DNA of 64,000 nt from Nitrospinaceae bacterium (GTDB taxonomy: Bacteria; Nitrospinota; Nitrospinia; Nitrospinales; VA-1): the NCBI GenBank assembly GCA_046754465.1, contig JBHHVU010000001.1, positions 95,449 to 159,448 of the forward strand, written 5' to 3'. Within the stretch, counting starts at the first letter, position 1. Each line of letters begins with the position of its first letter. The notes under the pieces are model-generated. The model worked only from the letters and a program-made list of their open reading frames with translations. It was not told the DNA's origin and ran no database searches. A program made the translations under genes and the position numbers. Positions 18,453 through 27,334 of the stretch are shown piece by piece.

Positions 18453-19304
18453 ATGTCAAACATAGAAGAAATTCTTGCACTTGTACAAAAAGATTCGCAT
18501 CAAAACGGGACCGATCTCAGAGCCTATCAGTTGAGGGGAATCCATCTCAAAGGCGTCAATTTCATCAACGCGACACTGATCCAAACCGACCTCCAGGAAT
18601 CGGCTCTGATAAAAATCGATTTTTCACAGGCCAATATGACGGCGGCCAATTTCCAAAACGCGAAAATAAAAGACGTCCAATTCAACGACGCCAATCTCAA
18701 TGAAGTGAATTTCCAGGACGCCACCCTGGTCAACTGCGTCTTCAGAAACGCCTCCCTGCAGAACGCCAATTTATCCTCCGCCCTGATCAAAAACTGTGAT
18801 TTCAAGGGATGCGACCTCGGTCACGCCAATTTATCTTCCTCCAGGATCGGTGACACCAATTTCGCTTTCGCCCGAATGATGTACGCGTATCTGAGACAAG
18901 TCGAGATCGCTCATTCGAAAATGAACGGAATCAATGCCAGGGGTTCCGACTTCAGTTTCTCAAAACTGGCGGGTGTCGACCTGACCGGTTCCTCCCTGAA
19001 ATATGCAGACCTGAATTCCTGTGCCTTCAAGAATGTCGATCTTTCCCACGCCAACCTGGTCGGCGTGGAATTGAAAGACTCCCATTGCACCGATATCACC
19101 CTGAAAGAAGCCAATATGGAAGGGGCCGACTTGACCTATGCCAATATGAAAGGTTCGAATTTAGAAAACACCTTTATGCTGGAGGCCAATCTCCACGCAA
19201 CCGACTTCACCAACGCCAACCTCAAGGACGCGTACCTGGTAGATGCCAACCTCACCAAAGTCATCACCCAAGGCGCCAACCTGGAAAACACCATTTTGCA
19301 ATAG
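18453..19304 (+). CDS. Pentapeptide-repeat protein
   Basis: Almost the whole protein is A(N/D)(L/F)xx pentapeptide repeats; starts 9 bp after the motA-like stop. Confidence 0.93.
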   Translation: MSNIEEILALVQKDSHQNGTDLRAYQLRGIHLKGVNFINATLIQTDLQESALIKIDFSQANMTAANFQNAKIKDVQFNDANLNEVNFQDATLVNCVFRNASLQNANLSSALIKNCDFKGCDLGHANLSSSRIGDTNFAFARMMYAYLRQVEIAHSKMNGINARGSDFSFSKLAGVDLTGSSLKYADLNSCAFKNVDLSHANLVGVELKDSHCTDITLKEANMEGADLTYANMKGSNLENTFMLEANLHATDFTNANLKDAYLVDANLTKVITQGANLENTILQ

Positions 19305-19398
19305 AAGATTTTCGCCCCCGGCCGTTTACTTCCTCTCCGCACCCCACTAAAATGAAATGGTTGAGAGAAAACTCGGCGCCGATCCTTGGGGACAGGCC

Positions 19399-19758
19399 AT
19401 GGCGGAAGTCATTCTGGCGGTTCATCTTCTTATCATACTTTTTTTCCTGATCGGGTTTCCCGCGGGCCTGCTATGGAACCACCGCGGGTTCCGGTTTTTT
19501 CATGCCGCCGGCCTGGCCTTGGTCACCCTTTTGATGGTTCTCGGCATCCCCTGTCCCATCACCGTTTGGGAAGAAGGATTCCGCGATGCCTCTTATGGGG
19601 GTTCTTTCATAGCGGCCTGGCTGAAGCGGATCATTTATCTGGAATGGTTGGACCCGGCGCATGTGTTGATTCTGGACCTGTGTTTCGCCACGCTGGTATT
19701 TTCTTCGTTTTTCTGGTATCCGGTAAAAAAGAGGGGAGGCAGAGGGAAACCGGACTGA
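19399..19758 (+). CDS. DUF2784-like membrane protein
   Basis: ILAVHLL, FFHAAGL, CPITVWE, GSFIAAWLKRIIY. Confidence 0.75.
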   Translation: MAEVILAVHLLIILFFLIGFPAGLLWNHRGFRFFHAAGLALVTLLMVLGIPCPITVWEEGFRDASYGGSFIAAWLKRIIYLEWLDPAHVLILDLCFATLVFSSFFWYPVKKRGGRGKPD

Positions 19759-19793
19759 TCCCGCAAGGGAGCGGGCTCGGGCGGGTGAAACAA

Positions 19794-20645
19794 TTATTTT
19801 TTCATGATAAAGCCGGTGGCACAACGGAATCCGACATTTTCAAAAAATTCATCGGGCGGCACCTCCGTACGGTTGAAGGCGTAACGGTAGGCTTCCAAAA
19901 AATAATGCCCCGCCTTCTGGAATCCGTTTCCCCTCAACACCTTGAAGGTCTTGCCAAAGCGCGGGTCCCGATACGGGTTTTCGGGATAGGCCCGGTACCA
20001 GTCCCGCGTCCACTCCATGACATTTCCAGCCATGCCGTAAACCTGGTAGGGGCTGACATCCCCCGGGTACTGACTCACGGGAACCGTTTCCCTGGCCCCT
20101 TCGATCCCTATATTGGCTTTTCCCTTTTCATACGTATTGCCCCAGGGATAGAGTTGTCCCGCCGTCCCCCGAGCCGCCTTTTCCCACTGCGCCTCGGTGG
20201 GCAATTGTTTATGGGCCCACATGGCATAAGACCAGGCTTCGCGCCAGGTGATATTGGTAACCGGATGATCCCCCTTCCCTTCAGGATAAGTTCCGTCCTG
20301 CCAATGCGAGGGGGTCTCCGTAAATTCGGCCTCATCGATGAATCGTTTATATTCCCGGTTGGTCACTTCATACCGGTCAATGTAATAGGCGTCCAGATAA
20401 ACTTTTCTCTCAGGATGCTGGTCCAGGTACAAGGGCTTGACCGTACCGATTTTCTGGTGGGTATTTTCGGGATCGGTCTTGTTCGTTCCCATGATGAATT
20501 CACCGCCGGGGATGAGGACCATTTCTTTTCCATCGATCCCGGAAGTTTTTATGGGCGTCAGGGAATCGGTTTCCCCCTTGCAACCGGCCATGAAAATCAT
20601 GAGACAAACCCAAAGGATTGGTGTATATTTTTTATTTTTCAACAT
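19794..20645 (-). CDS. FGE-sulfatase/SUMF1-fold lipoprotein
   Basis: Lipobox-like FMAGC; IPGGEFIMG, YEVTN, HPV..ITW, LPTEAQWEKAARG, MAGNVMEW, GFRC. Confidence 0.88.
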   Translation of the reverse strand: MLKNKKYTPILWVCLMIFMAGCKGETDSLTPIKTSGIDGKEMVLIPGGEFIMGTNKTDPENTHQKIGTVKPLYLDQHPERKVYLDAYYIDRYEVTNREYKRFIDEAEFTETPSHWQDGTYPEGKGDHPVTNITWREAWSYAMWAHKQLPTEAQWEKAARGTAGQLYPWGNTYEKGKANIGIEGARETVPVSQYPGDVSPYQVYGMAGNVMEWTRDWYRAYPENPYRDPRFGKTFKVLRGNGFQKAGHYFLEAYRYAFNRTEVPPDEFFENVGFRCATGFIMKK

Positions 20646-20732
20646 TACCCCTAAACTCCCATCTGGCAACGGACCCTTGGAAATCGTTCTCCGCAAAAGG
20701 GATTTGGGCCAACGTCCCGGTCCGAACACTAT

Positions 20733-21890
20733 ATGAAAAGGCTTTACATTTTTCTATTTTTTTCCCTTGTGTCCGGATTATTCTCCGTCCCATCCCGGGC
20801 GTTTGACAAACCCCTCGCCTCCACCACCACCGGAAAAGATTATCCGCATATCCTCCGAACCGATGAGTTTTCCCTGAACACGCGAAACATCAAGGTGCTG
20901 ACCGCCCAGGGGAAATACCTGTGGATGGGAACTTCCCATGGCGTGATCCGGTACGACACCACCACCGCCATTGGTTACGAATTGTTCGACAATCAGAACG
21001 CCCTGTTGAGTAACGGGATTTTCTCGATCGTCCTGGATAAAAACCACCATGCCTGGGTGGGAACCTATGGAGGCGGGCTCAGCCATTATGACGGAACCCG
21101 ATGGGTCAATATCAACACCCCCCAGGGATTGTGCGACTCCTTCGTGTACGATCTGGAGTTCCTCGGAGATACCATGTGGATCGCCACCTGGAGCGGTGTC
21201 AACCGCGTCAGCGGGGACCCTTTTTCTCGCCAATCCTGGAAATCGTTCACCGTGGAAAACACCCACGGCGGGTTGATCGACGACTGGGTTTACGCCCTGG
21301 AAATCGGGAAAGACCGGCGCATCTGGTTCGGAACCGAATCCGGCATCTCGGTTTTCGACGGAACCAAATGGCGAAACTGGGATCACACCCGGGGTCTCGG
21401 GGCCGAATATGAAACCGTGAAGGCGGACAACCGGGGCGTGGTATCGCCTTTTCAGGGCGGCCATCACGCCACTCATGGTCCGGGCCTTCCCAACCTCGGC
21501 TCTCAGGATTACCGCCCCAATTACGTCGTGTCCATGCGGCTGGACCAGAAAAACCGGCTCTGGATCGGGACCTGGGGCGGCGGATTGAGCGTTTTCGATA
21601 CCCGGACCTTCCGGTTCCGCAATTTTACTGTTCGCGATGGGCTGCCCGGCAACTATATCCTGGCCATTGAGGAAGGACCTCTGGGAAACTTGTGGATCGG
21701 TTCTAACGGGGGCCTGAGCCGATTCGACGGAAAGACCTTCCTTAATTATTCCGAACTCAACGGCCTGGCGAGCAATTTCACCTTCAGTATCGAATTCGCT
21801 CCGGACCATTCCCTTTGGCTGGGCGGCCACTCCGCGATGAACCGTTTGAAAATCGATCCCCTGTCCGGAAAACTGGGGAAAGTGGATTGA
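20733..21890 (+). CDS. Secreted beta-propeller protein (two-component regulator propeller repeats)
   Basis: Signal peptide; repeated W(V/I)GT.GGGLS..DG and GL...(V/I) motifs; no kinase domain. Confidence 0.85.
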   Translation: MKRLYIFLFFSLVSGLFSVPSRAFDKPLASTTTGKDYPHILRTDEFSLNTRNIKVLTAQGKYLWMGTSHGVIRYDTTTAIGYELFDNQNALLSNGIFSIVLDKNHHAWVGTYGGGLSHYDGTRWVNINTPQGLCDSFVYDLEFLGDTMWIATWSGVNRVSGDPFSRQSWKSFTVENTHGGLIDDWVYALEIGKDRRIWFGTESGISVFDGTKWRNWDHTRGLGAEYETVKADNRGVVSPFQGGHHATHGPGLPNLGSQDYRPNYVVSMRLDQKNRLWIGTWGGGLSVFDTRTFRFRNFTVRDGLPGNYILAIEEGPLGNLWIGSNGGLSRFDGKTFLNYSELNGLASNFTFSIEFAPDHSLWLGGHSAMNRLKIDPLSGKLGKVD

Positions 21891-21917
21891 CCCGGACCGT
21901 TCCCATCGCCATACCGG

Positions 21918-22202
21918 CTAAAAATCCTCATCGTCATCATCATCCTCTTTTAAGGCGGCGTCCACTTCCGCCTGTTCCGCCGCATCCATCAGCTCATGGA
22001 TCTGCTCATAACCCGTAGCCAGTTTCTGGATATTGATGAGCAGGTTGATCAAATCGGCCTCGGGGCATTCGCGGATCCCCGCCACCAAGGCGCCCCGCTC
22101 ATCATCTCCATATTTTTCATCCCATTTATCGAAGGTGGTCAGGATCTTATCCTTGCAATGAATCAAATCGTAAAAGAAACTCTGGACCTCTATTTTAACC
22201 AT
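21918..22202 (-). CDS. Small acidic hypothetical protein
   Basis: 94-aa ORF fills the gap between genes; protein-like composition; acidic tail EDDDDDEDF. Confidence 0.65.
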   Translation of the reverse strand: MVKIEVQSFFYDLIHCKDKILTTFDKWDEKYGDDERGALVAGIRECPEADLINLLINIQKLATGYEQIHELMDAAEQAEVDAALKEDDDDDEDF

Positions 22203-22489
22203 GGATTTACCTGTGTGTATTTATGAAAAGTTTCAAGACTTAAAACTCATCCCGCAAAAAGGATGGTTACAAAAATAACATAAATCCGGGGGAAGAAAGA
22301 AACGGAAAAAGGCGGCGAGTCCGTTCCCTACCCTCCAATGTGTCCCCCCTCCACACCGGAATATTTTCTGTTTCCCACCCCAAAATCCTGATATTATTAT
22401 AAAAGAGCCGAAGGGTGGAGGCCGTCTCCACTATAGCCAATACCTTTTGAATCAGAGAGTTGAATCGTTAAAAGGAATGAGAGCGCCTC

Positions 22490-22972
22490 ATGTCGGAAGG
22501 ACAAAGATTTGTAGACAACGGTGACGGAACTTTAACCGACACCAAATATAATAAAATGTGGTCGAAACAAGACAGTTACCAGATGCGCGGCAAATGGTTA
22601 ACCTGGAAAGCGGCCAACAAATACATCAACTGGCTGAACGAACAGAAATTCGCCGGCTATGACGACTGGCGGCTTCCCAAAAACCAGGAGTGTAGAAACC
22701 TTTACGATCACGAAAGTAAAAATACGGATTTCGCGGGGGACATCGTGCATATCGATTTTATGTTTCCCGAGGGTTGCGGGTCGACCTACTGGTGCGCGGA
22801 AGAGAACGGTATCAATGCGATGGCCTACAATTTTTACAGCGACCGGGCTTATCTCGTGCGCAAAAAATCGTCGGACGAAGGCAACATGACCTGCCGTGCC
22901 ATTCGTTCCTCAGGACCGGAAGTGAAAAAATCGGGTCGGGTTTCCCAGACGGGCCGCTCCCGGCGCGAATAA
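22490..22972 (+). CDS. DUF1566 (Lcl C-terminal-like) domain protein
   Basis: RFVDNGDGTLTDT....MW, FAGYDDWRLP, YW; AAGGA upstream. Confidence 0.85.
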   Translation: MSEGQRFVDNGDGTLTDTKYNKMWSKQDSYQMRGKWLTWKAANKYINWLNEQKFAGYDDWRLPKNQECRNLYDHESKNTDFAGDIVHIDFMFPEGCGSTYWCAEENGINAMAYNFYSDRAYLVRKKSSDEGNMTCRAIRSSGPEVKKSGRVSQTGRSRRE

Positions 22973-23054
22973 TCGACAGCGGAGTTTTACCCCAACAACC
23001 TTTTTGTGGTCCCGGTCCATCCGGGCCGGTTTCACTTTCCAACCCCACAGGTTC

Positions 23055-24206
23055 ATGCCCTTCCACCGCGCAACTTATGCTGAAATCGACCTGAAGGCTT
23101 TTCGCGAAAACTTGCGGGGAGTCCGCGCCATCATCGGTCCCCAGGTCAAAATAATGGCCGTCGTCAAAGCCGACGGTTACGGGCACGGGGCGGTTCACTG
23201 CGCCCGGGCCGCCCTGGAAGCGGGCGCCGACTCGTTGGGGGTCGCTATCCTGGAAGAAGGCATCGAACTGAGAGAAAACAATATTCGTGCCCCGATCCTT
23301 CTGCTCTGCGGTATTTTCCCCGATGAAATCGAGGATTTCCTCCAATATGATCTCGCAACCACCCTGTACGGCCTGCCCCTGGCGAAAGCTCTTGCTCAAC
23401 AGGCGAAACAGAAGAACCAAACCGTGGCCGTACACCTCAAGACAGAAACCGGAATGGGGCGGCTGGGAATCCCGCACGAAGAGCTGTTGTGTTTTGTAAA
23501 ACAAATTCAGGAATACAAGAACCTGAGGATCGAGGCCGTAGCTACGCATTTCTCCTCCGCCGACGAGGAGGAACCCGATTACACCCTCATGCAGTTGTCA
23601 CGCTTCAACCAGGCCCTGAACGAGCTGCGAATGGAGGGAGTGCCCCTGCCTCTGGTGCATAGCGCCAACACCTCGGCCCTGATCCGGTTTCCCCAAAGCC
23701 GATTCAACATGGTGCGGCCGGGAATTCTCCTCTACGGCGCCCTTCCCTCTCCCGGACTGCAAACTGATCTGATTTCCGCGAAGACATCCACCTGGGACGG
23801 CGATTTCCAACCCGTCATGCATTGGAAAAGCAAAATCCTGCAGATCAATGAAGTTCCCAAGGGGTGCGCGTTGAGTTATGGGGGTCGATTCGTGACAAAA
23901 GAAAACAGCCGCATCGCTGTTCTGCCCGTGGGCTATGCCGATGGCTTGAACCGAAGGCTCTCAAACAAAATGAAGGTCCTGGTCCGGGGAACACCCGTTC
24001 CCCAGGTGGGAACGATCTGCATGGACCTTTGCCTGGCCGATGTGACCGGCGTCCCGGAAGCGGAGGTGGGAGACGAAGTGGTGCTTTTCGGACGCCAAGG
24101 AAAAGCGGTGATTACCGTGGATGAAATGGCCCAATGGGCCGATACCCTCTCCTACGAAATCCTTTGCAACGTTGGCAAACGCGTCCCCAGAGTGTACCTG
24201 ACTTGA
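23055..24206 (+). CDS. alr: Alanine racemase
   Basis: AVVKADGYGHG (PLP Lys), TGMGRLG, RPGILLYG, GYADG, ICMD, YEILC. Confidence 0.97.
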   Translation: MPFHRATYAEIDLKAFRENLRGVRAIIGPQVKIMAVVKADGYGHGAVHCARAALEAGADSLGVAILEEGIELRENNIRAPILLLCGIFPDEIEDFLQYDLATTLYGLPLAKALAQQAKQKNQTVAVHLKTETGMGRLGIPHEELLCFVKQIQEYKNLRIEAVATHFSSADEEEPDYTLMQLSRFNQALNELRMEGVPLPLVHSANTSALIRFPQSRFNMVRPGILLYGALPSPGLQTDLISAKTSTWDGDFQPVMHWKSKILQINEVPKGCALSYGGRFVTKENSRIAVLPVGYADGLNRRLSNKMKVLVRGTPVPQVGTICMDLCLADVTGVPEAEVGDEVVLFGRQGKAVITVDEMAQWADTLSYEILCNVGKRVPRVYLT

Positions 24207-24215
24207 CCGGCAAGT

Positions 24216-25142
24216 TCATGCCTCCGGTCTCAGGTCGGTGATTTTGCTCCACCCCCGGGTTTTGCAATAGGCGTGGAGGCCGTCGAGGACTTTCATGGTG
24301 ACCGCGGGATCGATGAAATTGGCGGTGCCGATTTGAATGGCCGCCGCCCCGGCCATCAGAAATTCCACCGCGTCCTCCCAGGTGGAGATCCCTCCCATCC
24401 CGATTACAGGGATATTCACGGCACGGACGGTTTTGTAAACCATGTACAGGGCGATGGGCTTGATCGCGGGTCCCGACAATCCTCCGGTCCGATTGGCCAG
24501 CCAGGGCTTTCCGGTTTCCAGGTCGATCGCCATGCCGATCTGAGTATTGATCAGCGACAAGGCGTCGGCTCCCGCCTCTTCCGCCGCCCGGGCGATTTCG
24601 GCAATGTCCTTCACATTGGGAGACAATTTGACGATCAGGAGTTTGTCCGTGGATTGGCGCACCGCCCGCACCAGTTGGCGAACGATTCCGGGTTCGGAAC
24701 TGAACTGGACGCCCCCCTCCTCGACGTTTGGACAGGAAATATTCATCTCCAACCCGTCGATCCTGTCCACATCCGACAATTTCGAGGCCATTTCCGCGTA
24801 TTCTCCGATGGTATCTCCGAAGAAATTTACCAGGATGCGGGTCTTATATCCCCGCAGGTGGGGCAGTTTACCGTTTAAAAAATTTTCCAGACCAATGTTT
24901 TCCAATCCGATGGCGTTGAGCATGCCGGAGGAGGTTTCGACCATCCGAGGCACGGGGTTGCCCATTCGGGGTTTCAGGGATAATCCCTTGGTCGCGAACC
25001 CACCCAACCGGTCCAGGTCCACGAAAGGGGCGTATTCCAGCCCGTATCCGAAGGTGCCGGAAGCTGCAATGACAGGATTGGAAAATTCGAGGGTTCCCAC
25101 TCGAACCGAAAGATCCACTTTAGAATCGTCTGATCCGCTCAT
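24216..25142 (-). CDS. pyrD: Dihydroorotate dehydrogenase family 1B catalytic subunit
   Basis: ASGTFGYG, GNPVPR, NAIGLEN, NISCPNV, VKLSPN, GGLSGPAIKP. Confidence 0.96.
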   Translation of the reverse strand: MSGSDDSKVDLSVRVGTLEFSNPVIAASGTFGYGLEYAPFVDLDRLGGFATKGLSLKPRMGNPVPRMVETSSGMLNAIGLENIGLENFLNGKLPHLRGYKTRILVNFFGDTIGEYAEMASKLSDVDRIDGLEMNISCPNVEEGGVQFSSEPGIVRQLVRAVRQSTDKLLIVKLSPNVKDIAEIARAAEEAGADALSLINTQIGMAIDLETGKPWLANRTGGLSGPAIKPIALYMVYKTVRAVNIPVIGMGGISTWEDAVEFLMAGAAAIQIGTANFIDPAVTMKVLDGLHAYCKTRGWSKITDLRPEA

Positions 25143-25269
25143 TCCATCTTAGATGGCGGCAAAATTGCCTGGGTTACCCAGCCCAACCGGCCGGGCGGGG
25201 AGGGAAAATATCGTTCTAAGTCTCTCAATAACAACAAAATTGAAGAGAACAAATTGCCCTCAATTCATA

Positions 25270-25298
25270 TTGACTCTATTTTCAAACGCCGATATACT
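25270..25298 (+). promoter_or_regulatory. Putative sigma70-type promoter upstream of the SPOR gene
   Basis: TTGACT (25270-25275), 17 bp, TATACT (25293-25298). Confidence 0.55.
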
Positions 25299-25388
25299 AA
25301 ATCCGATTTACAAAGGTTGAAGTGATTCAGGCGCGGTTTTTTTATCCTAACATCCATAAGCGTTACTTTCCTCTAAAAACCCAACCCA

Positions 25389-25424
25389 AGAACCAACGGA
25401 TTCCTTAGAACCAACGGATTCCTT
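25389..25424. repeat. Exact 18-bp tandem duplication
   Basis: AGAACCAACGGATTCCTT twice (25389-25406 and 25407-25424). Confidence 0.95.
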
Positions 25425-25502
25425 CGACAAATCAGAACGAGTGCTATTTGACGTGCGTTAGGCATAAATTAATATAAATTGCAATAAACTTAATTACATT
25501 CC

Positions 25503-26591
25503 ATGTCCGAGACCCCGCCACAAGAGGAAAATAAATACCACAAACGCATCGACGAGTTGATCGAAGACGCCGAAATCGAAGCGGAAATCGAGGCAGAAAA
25601 GAAGATCCGCTCAAAAAACACGCGGCTCCTGACGATATCCATGATCGGCATCGCGTTACTTGTGTTTACGTATAGTCAGGTCAAGAACCGTTCCCAGGCT
25701 CCCGAACCCGAGAAAACGGCGCAGGCTCCGGCGGCCGGTTCTTCCGGGGAAAAGGCATCTTCAGAATCCCCCCCCGTTCCGCCCGATGCATCTCAAAAAC
25801 CGGAAACTTCCGCGTCCACCGAATCCCAAACCAGTTCCCCCGGCGAATCCAAGCCAGGAGAAGAAAATACCGGCAGTACTCCGGAACCCCAGCCCCCGGC
25901 CGGTGAAGAACCATCCGCGGGGGAAGTGGACCAGGCCGTTGAACAGACAACGGCGACCAAAGAAAATGCCCCGCCCCAAACAGAGGGGGAAAAACCTTCC
26001 CCACCGCCAGAAACCACGAATCCTGAATCCAAAAGCGAACCCCAAGCCATCCAGGCGGCTGTTCCGCCCGCCGCTCCCAAAAGTCCGGCCCCGGAACCCA
26101 TGTCCGCGGAGCCTGTTTCGCGGAGCCTCTCCGGAGCGCAGAAAAAATATTTCGTCCAGACCGGGGTTTTTTCTATCAAACAGAACGCTGAAAACTTGTC
26201 CAACAGTTTAAAGGCCAAGGGATTTCATTCTTCCATAAAGGTGCGGGAACTGAACGCCATGAGGCATACGGTATTTGTCGGCGGATTTGCCGATGAAGAA
26301 AGCGGGCTCCCACAATTGAACGACCTGAAGGCGAGCGGATTCCAACCGAAAATGGAAAAAAAGGAAGACAACACTTACACCATCGTTCTGGGACATTTTA
26401 AAACCCAGAAACAGGCGGAAACATTTCAGGATAAATTGAGCCTCAAGGGATTCCTCTCCAGCGCGAAAAAAGGCCGGGTAAAAACCAAAATTTACGTGGT
26501 GCAGGTCGGTGGTTTTGATACTCTGGCTCAAGCCCGGAACACCAGGAAGAAAATCGAAAAGGCGGGATTCAAAAACAGTTTCATCCGATAA
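25503..26591 (+). CDS. Membrane-anchored SPOR-domain protein
   Basis: N-terminal TM, P/E/S-rich linker, four SPOR half-repeats (YFVQTGVF, VFVGGF, IVLGHF, YVVQVGGF). Confidence 0.88.
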   Translation: MSETPPQEENKYHKRIDELIEDAEIEAEIEAEKKIRSKNTRLLTISMIGIALLVFTYSQVKNRSQAPEPEKTAQAPAAGSSGEKASSESPPVPPDASQKPETSASTESQTSSPGESKPGEENTGSTPEPQPPAGEEPSAGEVDQAVEQTTATKENAPPQTEGEKPSPPPETTNPESKSEPQAIQAAVPPAAPKSPAPEPMSAEPVSRSLSGAQKKYFVQTGVFSIKQNAENLSNSLKAKGFHSSIKVRELNAMRHTVFVGGFADEESGLPQLNDLKASGFQPKMEKKEDNTYTIVLGHFKTQKQAETFQDKLSLKGFLSSAKKGRVKTKIYVVQVGGFDTLAQARNTRKKIEKAGFKNSFIR

Positions 26592-26807
26592 GTAAGAAAG
26601 TCCGGTCCCCCCAACGGCAAAATTTTGAACGCCTGCGGTGATGCGGTCCGGCGCCTGACCCTTGATTTTTCGTGGGAAAACCTTGGTATTTAAAGGGGTT
26701 CCCGCGACAGAGCAACACAGCCCCTGGAAAATTTTTTTTAGTGATCGGGCCAATTATATTTTATAATACAATCCAGCCAAAACTCTAGTCCAGTAAAGGA
26801 GCCATAC

Positions 26808-27155
26808 ATGAATAATTCAGTCTTCTCAGTTCCGGCACTTATATTTTCCCTTTTATTGATTCTTCCCACCACGGGTTGGAGCCACGAAGGCGAACACGAT
26901 TCGAAGGACGATCATGAAAAAAGTTCCATGAGCCAGAAGAAGTTCGAGGAAGGAAGCGGCTCTTCCGCCCTGGATTATTCGCGCGAAGGAGAAGAACATA
27001 AGGGTGACCTTGAGGGCAAATGGAGCAAGGAATACTCCGGTAAGGAGCAACATCAAAAAGAATATGAAGCCGAGGAAGGAAGCCGGAGCAAAAGTGGGGT
27101 GCCCCAAAAAACCAGCCCCTCTCCAAGAAGGAGCGAAGGCAGCGCCTCGCGCTGA
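26808..27155 (+). CDS. Small secreted His/Glu-rich protein
   Basis: AAGGAG RBS; signal peptide; mature start HEGEHDSKDDHE; followed by a terminator. Confidence 0.72.
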   Translation: MNNSVFSVPALIFSLLLILPTTGWSHEGEHDSKDDHEKSSMSQKKFEEGSGSSALDYSREGEEHKGDLEGKWSKEYSGKEQHQKEYEAEEGSRSKSGVPQKTSPSPRRSEGSASR

Positions 27156-27210
27156 ACCTTCCCCCCTCTGCGAGTGTTACCTCGAATCCACACACCACGA
27201 TTTATCGATG

Positions 27211-27240
27211 AAGCGCCCCGCGTGGGGCGCTTTATTTTAT
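27211..27240 (+). terminator. Rho-independent terminator
   Basis: AAGCGCCCC-GCGT-GGGGCGCTT followed by TATTTTAT. Confidence 0.75.
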
Positions 27241-27334
27241 AGACTCTCCCGTTTTCAATCTTCCCTGTCTGAAGGTATATGAACGGGGAAAACCTTTTTC
27301 CGGCCAACCGGATACCCTGCAATTTCATGGAATC

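Noticed and set aside
13783..19304. Calling the mot-cyclase locus a Zorya or CBASS/Pycsar defence system
   Set aside because: The MotA-like protein is normal length with no ZorA tail, and no ZorC/D/E genes are present. The cyclase has class I CyaA motifs rather than CD-NTase or class III features. No recognisable effector is adjacent. Kept only as an analogy.
25283..25296. Sigma28 promoter (GCCGATAT)
   Set aside because: No TAAA -35 element at the right spacing; the same bases fit a sigma70 TTGACT-17-TATACT promoter better
25389..25424. Possible CRISPR or iteron array
   Set aside because: Only two directly abutting copies, no spacers, and no cas or rep genes
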